Below, piece by piece: positions 10,341 to 17,534 of a stretch of DNA of 64,000 bases. The DNA comes from Candidatus Omnitrophota bacterium (GTDB lineage Bacteria > Omnitrophota > Gorgyraeia > Zapsychrales > Zapsychraceae). A program made the position numbers and the translations under genes. Each line of letters opens with the position of its first letter. The stretch's first letter is position 1. The stretch is taken from the NCBI GenBank assembly GCA_015233405.1, contig JADFXT010000005.1, positions 74,210 through 138,209 on the forward strand. The letters are read 5' to 3'. The notes beneath the pieces are model-generated. The model was given only the letters and a program-made list of their open reading frames with translations, was not told where the DNA came from and searched no databases.

Positions 10341-12803
10341 ATGGCTGAGTCATCAAAATGGGTGGACTTTCATAAAGATATTTCTTTAGAAGGGATTAAG
10401 CGTTCTTTCTGGAATAATCGGCTATATCCTCTGGCGAAAGATGAATACGCCGCGACAGAGCATGATAATTTTCTTGCTCTGGCTATTACCGTTCGAGACC
10501 GCATCGTAGAACGATGGGCGAAGACGCAGCAAAGATATCATAAAAACAATCTCAAAAGAGTTTATTATCTGTCCATGGAATTTTTGATCGGACGGCTTTT
10601 AGGAAATTATATTTATAATTTGGGACTGGAAAAAGTTGTTCCTGAAGCCCTTTCGGAAATGGGAATGAAGCTGGAGGATTTAAGAGAGCAAGAAGTCGAT
10701 ACCGGATTAGGGAACGGTGGTTTAGGCCGGCTTGCCGCCTGCTTCTTGGATTCTATGGCAACGCTGGGAATTCCTGCCCATGGTTACGGCATCCGATATG
10801 ATTACGGAATTTTCCAACAAAAAATCGTTAACGGTTATCAAGTCGAACTTCCCGACGAATGGCTTCGCTTAGGCTGCCCTTGGGAATTTGCCCGCCCGGA
10901 ATATACGGTCAAAATCCATTTTTACGGCCGTGTAGACGAGGTTCGGGAAAAAGATGGGACCCGGAAAAAAATCTGGATCGACACCCAAGATGTCCTTGCG
11001 GTGCCGTATGATATCCCGATTCCTGGATATAAAAATGATGTCATCAATACTCTACGACTTTGGTCGGCGAGAAGCACGGAAGAATTTGATTTGGAATACT
11101 TTAACTCCGGCGACTACGAACAAGCGGTCTATCGAAAAATATTTTCAGAAAATATTTCCAAAGTCCTTTACCCGAATGATTCTCAGGTCCAAGGCAAAGA
11201 ACTTCGACTTAAACAGGAATATTTCTTCACCGCTGCTTCGATTTCAGATATTTTCAGAAGGTTTAAAGTTGAGAATGCTGATTTCAAAAAACTTCCTAAC
11301 CAAGCCGTGATCCAACTCAACGATACCCATCCGGCTTTAGCTATCACAGAGCTCATGCGCGTCTTAATAGACGATGAGGGGTTAGATTGGGAGCAGGCTT
11401 GGGGCATTACCAGAAAAACTTTTGCATATACGAACCACACGTTGATGCCGGAAGCCCTGGAATGCTGGACGGTGGACTTGCTAGAACGCGTTTTGCCGAG
11501 GCACCTTCAAATCATTTATGAAATCAATGATTGGTTTATTAAGGAAATCCGACGAAAATTCCCCAACGATGACAACCGTGTCGCGCGGATGTCATTGATC
11601 GGAGAAGGCTACACGAAGCATGCCCGCATGGCTTATTTGTCTGTCGTGGGAAGCTTTTCCGTTAATGGCGTTTCTGCGCTCCATTCAGAACTTTTAAAGA
11701 GCCGCGTGTTTAAAGATTTTTATGAATTTTATCCGGAGAAGTTTAACAATAAAACCAACGGGATCACCCAGCGCCGGTGGCTTCTTAAATCAAACCCAGA
11801 ATTATCGACGCTGATCACTAAAACAATCGGAGATGAATGGACAACCAACCTAGCGCATATTAATAAAATTCTCCCCTTAAAAGACAACGCATCTTTTCGA
11901 AATCAATGGGCTGCGATTAAGTTGAATAATAAAAAGGCCCTGTCGGAATACATTCTAAAAAATCACAATATCAAAGTTGACCCGACGGCGCTGTTCGATG
12001 TGCAAGTTAAACGCATGCATGAATATAAAAGACAAATGTTGTTTACGCTATACGTTATTGCACAGTATGTTCGCATCATTGAGAACCCGAAAAGTTTTAG
12101 CCAGCCTAGAGTTTGTATTATCGGCGGGAAAGCCGCACCAGGATATGCCTTGGCTAAACTCATTATTAAATTTATTAATAATGTCTCCGAGGTTATCAAT
12201 AACGACAAAAAAACAAAGAATAAACTTCAACTGTTTTTCCTCGAGAATTACCGTGTTTCCTTGGCAGAGAAAATCTTTCCTGCATCCGATTTATCGGAAC
12301 AGATTTCTACAGCAGGAACAGAGGCTTCCGGAACAGGAAATATGAAATTTATGCTTAACGGGGCGTTGACCATCGGAACACTCGACGGTGCAAATGTGGA
12401 AATGGCCCAACTATTAAATAAAGATGAGATATTTATTTTCGGGCTCAAAGATCAAGAAGTCCAGGAGCTCAGGACAAAAGGATATAATCCTCAACCATAT
12501 ATTTCTCAGTCTCAAGTTTTAAAGAAAGTTTATGATTTAATAACAAGCGGAACTTTTAATAAGAACGCTCCTGGCCTTTTTGACCAGCTCATTGACAATA
12601 TTTTTGTTAAAGATCCGTATTTAGTCTGCGCGGATTTTGATTCTTATTGTCAAACACAGGAAGCCGTATCTCAAGAGTTTCAGAACAAAGACGCTTGGGT
12701 CATGAAATCTATCGCGAATGTCGCAAGGACCGGACATTTCTCGTCGGACCGCACCATTCGTCAATATGCCCAAGAAATTTGGAATATTCCCTGTTGCAAA
12801 TAA
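10341..12803 (+). CDS. glgP: glycogen/maltodextrin phosphorylase
   Basis: PLP-site signature EASGTGNMKFMLNGALTIGTLDGANVE, plus GNGGLGRLAACFLDS and NDTHPALAI. I prefer the ATG at 10341 (RBS aaagagg) over the GTG at 10335 used by the ORF track. Confidence 0.95.
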   Translation: MAESSKWVDFHKDISLEGIKRSFWNNRLYPLAKDEYAATEHDNFLALAITVRDRIVERWAKTQQRYHKNNLKRVYYLSMEFLIGRLLGNYIYNLGLEKVVPEALSEMGMKLEDLREQEVDTGLGNGGLGRLAACFLDSMATLGIPAHGYGIRYDYGIFQQKIVNGYQVELPDEWLRLGCPWEFARPEYTVKIHFYGRVDEVREKDGTRKKIWIDTQDVLAVPYDIPIPGYKNDVINTLRLWSARSTEEFDLEYFNSGDYEQAVYRKIFSENISKVLYPNDSQVQGKELRLKQEYFFTAASISDIFRRFKVENADFKKLPNQAVIQLNDTHPALAITELMRVLIDDEGLDWEQAWGITRKTFAYTNHTLMPEALECWTVDLLERVLPRHLQIIYEINDWFIKEIRRKFPNDDNRVARMSLIGEGYTKHARMAYLSVVGSFSVNGVSALHSELLKSRVFKDFYEFYPEKFNNKTNGITQRRWLLKSNPELSTLITKTIGDEWTTNLAHINKILPLKDNASFRNQWAAIKLNNKKALSEYILKNHNIKVDPTALFDVQVKRMHEYKRQMLFTLYVIAQYVRIIENPKSFSQPRVCIIGGKAAPGYALAKLIIKFINNVSEVINNDKKTKNKLQLFFLENYRVSLAEKIFPASDLSEQISTAGTEASGTGNMKFMLNGALTIGTLDGANVEMAQLLNKDEIFIFGLKDQEVQELRTKGYNPQPYISQSQVLKKVYDLITSGTFNKNAPGLFDQLIDNIFVKDPYLVCADFDSYCQTQEAVSQEFQNKDAWVMKSIANVARTGHFSSDRTIRQYAQEIWNIPCCK

Positions 12804-12817
12804 AAAAGGACGCTTTA

Positions 12818-13309
12818 ATGGGGGACCTCGCTGAAAAAAGAAAGAATAGTCGTTATGTCGCTGAAGTGGCCATGCGATATGATTTTATGTACGATGTAAC
12901 GACAAAATTGCAGTTTCAAGTCAAGGGGCAGCAGGAAAATTCTCCGGTCAAAACTTTGAAATATCCTGCTATTAGTAAAAATATCAGCATAGAAGGGCTT
13001 GGATTTGTTGCCTCAAAGAAATTAACACAGGGGGACATTTTAAACCTTGAATTGTACTTGCCGCATGAAAAGAAGCCCATCCGTATGGAAGGGCTGGTCC
13101 GTTGGAGCCGGCCCATAGAAATAACGAATCGGCCTATATCAAAATTGCGATTTGAAACAGGTGTCCAATTAAGTACCATCGAAGGCCATCCCGTAGAAAA
13201 TTCAGTTTATTTTGACAAAACTTATAACGTTTTATGGAGTGAAGTCTTGGAAAGCGTTTTAGGCGGATATCGCCTATTAGCTCAAGGCAAGAAAAAAAAG
13301 ACCTCATAA
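12818..13309 (+). CDS. PilZ-domain protein (putative c-di-GMP receptor)
   Basis: RKNSRY (RxxxR-type) and NISIEGLGF (D/N-x-S-x-x-G) motifs. ATG at 12818 lies just after the glgP stop. The track start at 12647 overlaps glgP in another frame and is rejected. Confidence 0.7.
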   Translation: MGDLAEKRKNSRYVAEVAMRYDFMYDVTTKLQFQVKGQQENSPVKTLKYPAISKNISIEGLGFVASKKLTQGDILNLELYLPHEKKPIRMEGLVRWSRPIEITNRPISKLRFETGVQLSTIEGHPVENSVYFDKTYNVLWSEVLESVLGGYRLLAQGKKKKTS

Positions 13310-13370
13310 ATAAAATCTTTCCTAAAAAAATTAACCTTAAAATCAATAAATTTTAAACGGAGACAATACA

Positions 13371-13760
13371 ATGGCGTCATTATTTACAAAAATCATTGCC
13401 GGAGAAATCCCTTGCCATAAGATTGCCGAAGACAAAGACTATCTGGCCTTTCTCGATATTCGTCCGATCAATCCCGGGCACACCCTTGTCATCCCCAAAA
13501 AGGAAATTAATTATATTTTTGACGTCGATGACCAGCTTCTTTCGGGACTCATGCTTTTTGCCAAAAAAATCGCAGGGGCCATTAAAAAAACCGTTCCTTG
13601 TGCCAAAATCGGCATCATGGTTGCCGGCCTTGAGGTGCCGCATTGCCATATTCATTTAATTCCTATTAATAAAGTCAGCGATTTGAACTTTGCCAATGCG
13701 AAAACGACGCCCAATGAGGATTTGGCAAAAGTTGCCCAACAAATTAAGAAAAATCTATAA
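13371..13760 (+). CDS. HIT-family (histidine triad) nucleotide hydrolase
   Basis: FTKIIAGEIP, INPGHTLVIPK and the triad HCHIHLIP. Confidence 0.9.
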   Translation: MASLFTKIIAGEIPCHKIAEDKDYLAFLDIRPINPGHTLVIPKKEINYIFDVDDQLLSGLMLFAKKIAGAIKKTVPCAKIGIMVAGLEVPHCHIHLIPINKVSDLNFANAKTTPNEDLAKVAQQIKKNL

Positions 13761-13771
13761 AGGAGGGCCGC

Positions 13772-14200
13772 ATGTCCGTTTTAACATCATCCATGCCGAA
13801 GAATTGGAGTAAAAAACAACAGCATGTTTGGAAATGCCTGGAAGACCATTGGGATCATCTGATTCATGCCAGAGTGGATGAATTTCTAAAATATATTCAC
13901 GACGATTTTATCGGATTCGGACATGAGAGCCCAATTAATATTGACAAGCCTTGGCTTGGAAAATGGGTAGGTTTCTGGACAAAATCCACAGAGATTGTTA
14001 TCTGCGAACTAAGGCCCATTGATATTAAAATTCATTCGGATATCGCGATATTGCAATACTTTATATTCACGATTGAAAAGAATGACCACGGTGGCAAAAG
14101 AGTGATTCGCCGCTATACAATGACTTGGAAGAAGGCTGGAGATATCTGGCAGGTTATCGCAAGCCATAATAACCTGATGGACGAGATTATCCGAGGATAA
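13772..14200 (+). CDS. small NTF2-like (SnoaL/DUF4440-type) protein, tentative
   Basis: 142 aa with a cone-fold-like pattern ending …TMTWKKAGDIWQVIASHN. RBS aaaggaggg upstream. Confidence 0.4.
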   Translation: MSVLTSSMPKNWSKKQQHVWKCLEDHWDHLIHARVDEFLKYIHDDFIGFGHESPINIDKPWLGKWVGFWTKSTEIVICELRPIDIKIHSDIAILQYFIFTIEKNDHGGKRVIRRYTMTWKKAGDIWQVIASHNNLMDEIIRG

Positions 14201-14216
14201 TATTTTTTGCAAGCGC

Positions 14217-14245
14217 TTGCAAAATGCTAAATCATAGTATATACT
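14217..14245 (+). promoter_or_regulatory. candidate promoter of a structured leader or small RNA
   Basis: TTGCAA (14217-14222), 17-nt spacer, TATACT (14240-14245). The -35 lies inside a perfect 20-bp palindrome, TTTTGCAAGCGCTTGCAAAA (14205-14224). Confidence 0.4.
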
Positions 14246-14269
14246 TATAACAGATAATAAAATTTTATT

Positions 14270-14392
14270 AGTCGTGATGGGGGCATTTTATTATTGATGA
14301 CTGAGTACCATTAACGACTTTTGCTCTTAAACGGGTATCATTGAAAATCAAGCCACGGTTTTCGTTCTAAGCGAAAAGTCGTGGCTTTTTTG
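14270..14392 (+). ncRNA. structured leader (riboswitch- or attenuator-like) ending in an intrinsic terminator upstream of the two-component genes
   Basis: P1 stem 14270-14280 / 14308-14319. Terminator stem 14351-14364 / 14372-14386, followed by TTTTTTGTTG. Segment 14314-14324 (ACGACTTTTGC) can instead pair with the terminator 3' arm (14371-14382). Confidence 0.35.
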
Positions 14393-14438
14393 TTGTAAAA
14401 GCAATACAATGGAATAGAAGAGAAAAGAGGGCCTTAAA

Positions 14439-15572
14439 GTGGAAATAAAGTTAAACGATCCTTTACGGGTTCTTATAATTGAAGACAACCAAGTCGATCA
14501 GGCAATCTTAGTTGCTATGATTATGGAAGAGTCTAAGGGACGCTCTTTTGTTCAAACCGCAGACACTATCCAAGCAGCTCTAAATCTCCTTAATTCTTAT
14601 GAATTTGATGTTCTAACCTTAGATTTAAACCTTCCTGACTCTCAAGGCGAAAAAACAATTCAAGATATCACGAAGAAAGCCCCCAAAGTTGCCATTGTTG
14701 TGAGCACAGGCTCTTATGAGGATGAACTCGGCATAAGAACCTTAAGCATCGGGGCACAGGATTTTCTTATAAAGGGAAAATATAATGGGTACACGTTAAA
14801 CAAAGCCCTTTATTATGCCATCGAAAGAAAACGTTTAGAGCGCGAACTGTTCAGCCTCTGTGAAGAAATCAAAGAGACACAAAACCAGCTTATTCAAATA
14901 GAAAAAATGCAGCTCATCGGAACTCTCGCGAGCGGAGTCGCTCATGAGGTGCGGAATCCTTTAGCCACGGTATTGTATGGGGTCAATTATCTTTATAATC
15001 GAGTTGAATCGGACGATGCGAGCATTAAAAATGTCATGGATAGCATCCGAGAAGCTGCCGAAAAAGCGAACAATATCATTACGGACCTTTTAGACTTTTC
15101 CTATATCAACCAATTAAACAAAGTGGAATCCAATCTTAATGACGCTGTTAAAAAATCTTTGTCCTTAACCCATCATCATTTCCAAGAAAGACACATCCAG
15201 GTCATAGAAAAGCTCAGCAGCGATCTGCCGACGGTGATGGTTGACGTCAATAGGGTTGTTCAGGTGTTGGTTAATCTTCTGATGAACGCTGTTCATGCCA
15301 TGCCAAAAGGCGGAAAGATCACCATTCGATCTTTAAGAGACCCGGACGCGGACGATACTGTTCTTATTCAGGTTGACGATGAGGGACACGGAATTGAAGA
15401 GAAATATTTAAGTAAAATTTTTGACCCATTTTTTACCACGCGCAGGTCTCAAGGCGGGGTGGGATTAGGTCTTTTTGTTTGTCAAAATATTATGAAACTT
15501 CATGACGGAGGAATTTTTCTAAAGAATCGCCTGGAAGGAGGTGCCAGAGCAACGCTGACATTTAAAATTTAA
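14439..15572 (+). CDS. hybrid receiver-histidine kinase (REC-HisKA-HATPase_c), no TM segments
   Basis: REC: VLIIEDN…DVLTLDLNLPD. H-box SGVAHEVRNPL, N-box LLMNAVHAM, G-boxes DDEGHGI and GGVGLGL. GTG start with RBS aaagaggg. Confidence 0.85.
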   Translation: MEIKLNDPLRVLIIEDNQVDQAILVAMIMEESKGRSFVQTADTIQAALNLLNSYEFDVLTLDLNLPDSQGEKTIQDITKKAPKVAIVVSTGSYEDELGIRTLSIGAQDFLIKGKYNGYTLNKALYYAIERKRLERELFSLCEEIKETQNQLIQIEKMQLIGTLASGVAHEVRNPLATVLYGVNYLYNRVESDDASIKNVMDSIREAAEKANNIITDLLDFSYINQLNKVESNLNDAVKKSLSLTHHHFQERHIQVIEKLSSDLPTVMVDVNRVVQVLVNLLMNAVHAMPKGGKITIRSLRDPDADDTVLIQVDDEGHGIEEKYLSKIFDPFFTTRRSQGGVGLGLFVCQNIMKLHDGGIFLKNRLEGGARATLTFKI

Positions 15573-15638
15573 TAAAAACGAGAACGCGTTTAATTGCTTT
15601 AACATTCTTGAAATTTTCTTTAGAAAGGAGGTTCGCAT

Positions 15639-16022
15639 ATGTCAACGAAAAGAATCCTTGTTATTGATGATGAAAAAGGGTTTACGGCCATGCTCAAATT
15701 GAACCTCGAATCGACAGGGAAATATGAAGTCCTTATTGAAAACGATTCGCAGAACGCCGTGCATACAGCCTTAAATTTTATGCCTCATCTTATCCTTCTG
15801 GATATCATTATGCCGAACATGGAAGGGCCCGATGTGGCGATAGCGCTACAAGAAAATCCATTATTAAAGGACATCCCGGTGGTTTTCTTGACGGCAACTA
15901 TCAGGTCAAGCGAGGTCGGAGATCAAGGAAGCCGTATTGGAGGACACTTTTTTGTTGCAAAACCAAGCTCTCTTGATGTTTTGGTTCATTCCATAGAAGA
16001 GAATTTGGTTATGTTAAATTAA
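15639..16022 (+). CDS. single-domain CheY-like response regulator
   Basis: ILVIDDE…LILLDIIMPNMEGPDV…PVVFLTA…KP receiver motifs. RBS aaaggagg. Confidence 0.85.
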   Translation: MSTKRILVIDDEKGFTAMLKLNLESTGKYEVLIENDSQNAVHTALNFMPHLILLDIIMPNMEGPDVAIALQENPLLKDIPVVFLTATIRSSEVGDQGSRIGGHFFVAKPSSLDVLVHSIEENLVMLN

Positions 16023-16216
16023 TTTTGACAGGATTTATAAAGAACCCCTCCAGCCACGGAGACTCTTTCCGTATTACCTCGTAAGCCCCAATTTGCCATG
16101 TTTAGAAACGACCCGCCTCAAGAAACACTATCAACAACCCCTTAAAAACATTTCTTGCCCCGTGCCCTTGTTTTTTCCAAATTATATGCTATCTTTTCTC
16201 TAATCTTTGTATATAC

Positions 16217-16248
16217 CCCTTATTTCCACACCGGGTGTGGAATAAGGT
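16217..16248. promoter_or_regulatory. palindrome/hairpin ~100 bp upstream of giant gene 1 (candidate operator or 5'-UTR hairpin)
   Basis: Perfect 9-bp arms TTCCACACC-G-GGTGTGGAA (16224-16242), extendable to ~14 bp arms with one bulge. Confidence 0.35.
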
Positions 16249-16340
16249 TATCCAGCCAAAATTTTTTTTGAATAGACAATTGAGCATTCATCGTTTGATT
16301 TTCTCTCTTGCAGGCTCTTAAAAACCTTTGAGGAGATAAA

Positions 16341-17534
16341 ATGGAAAACGTTCTACCCAAAAGACAGAAAAACTTCTTCATCAAAATCGTGTCGACAATT
16401 CTCTCGATCACGTTCATTTCCACAACGGCCGTACCGCCGAGCTATGCACAGGTTTTGAACCTTCCGCAGCCGGGCAGCATGGTGGGCCTCACGCCTGCAT
16501 TTATGCCTACGCTGATCAAGGGCTTAAAAGTCCATCCGGAGAATCCGCTTTTGTTCGATTTCATTCTCGATACCGGTAAATCCGGTATTGGAGTCAACAC
16601 TCCTGAATTCAAGTCCGAATCTGAAAAGCTCATCAAATATTTCCTAGCGTCAATGACGATCAAAGAGTCTGATTTGTGGGTCAACTTGTCACCGTACGAA
16701 AAGAATAGAATCGCGACTGACGAATTAGGCAAGACTGAGCTTGGAAAAGACATGTTGGCGCAGGACTATATTCTAAAGCAATTGACCGCGTCTTTAATGT
16801 ATCCAGAAAAAGAGATCGGGAAAGATTTCTGGAATAAAGTTTACGCTGAAGCGAAACAAAAATTTGGAACCACTGATATTCCTACAGACACGTTTAATAA
16901 AGTCTGGATCGTCGCTGATAAAGCGAAGATTTTTGAACACAACGACGCGGCGTATGTTGTTGGGGCGCATTTAAAGGTCATGCTAGAAAAAGACTACGTA
17001 GCAGCCAGTAAAGCTTCTTCCAGTCATTCCACAATCTCCCCATTGTCATCCCCGCAATCTTTAAGCGGGGATCCAGTAGTGGATTCCCGCCTTCGCGGGA
17101 ATGACATCAGTACTTCGATTATTAAAGAAATAATCATCCCCGCCATCGAAAAAGAAGTCAACGAAGGGAAGAACTTCGCAACATTAAGACAGATGTTCTA
17201 TTCGATGATTTTAGCGACGTGGTACAAGCAGGCGTTAAAAGATGCATTATTAAATCAAGTTTACAGTGACAAAGCTAAAATTGGCGGAGTTACAAATAAC
17301 GACCCAAATATTAAAGAAAAGATTTACGCCCAGTATTTCGAAGCCTTTAAGAAAGGCGCCTACAACTATATTAAAGAAGAATACGATCCTACGACACAGC
17401 AAGTAACACCTAAAAAATATTTCTCCGGCGGTCTTGAAATCGGCGTCGGGAAAGTCCTCGCCCGTCAAGCTATTCAAACCCCGGAAACCGACAACGCCAT
17501 GAAACCAAATGGCGACATGGCGATGGTAACGACA
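16341..17534 (+). other. shared N-terminal domain, copy 1 (~398 aa), ending in a double junction DNAMKPNGDMAMVTT
   Basis: Near-identical protein sequence to 23774-25027 (LPQPGSMV-LTPAFMPTLIKGLKVHPENPLLFDFILDTGKSG…), except for one 40-aa cassette and a 17-aa insertion in copy 2. Confidence 0.85.

Noticed and set aside
12647-12817. ORF-track start at 12647 for the PilZ gene, overlapping the last 157 nt of glgP in another frame.
   Set aside because: The overlapped part has no PilZ features. A clean ATG at 12818 lies just after the glgP stop, and the PilZ RxxxR motif follows immediately.
16141-16215. Sigma70-like promoter for the giant operon (TTGCCC…CAAATT or TGTATATAC).
   Set aside because: Several weak hexamer combinations are possible and none is convincing by eye. 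This needs TSS mapping.
16442-16753. Antisense ORFs inside the giant genes (16442-16753, 23884-24243, 17250-17543, 24743-24970, 25762-26061 and others on the minus strand).
   Set aside because: They lie fully within much longer sense ORFs that carry clear protein motifs. The paired occurrences only mirror the sequence identity of the two N-domains, and they have no RBS or start context. I treat them as shadow ORFs.
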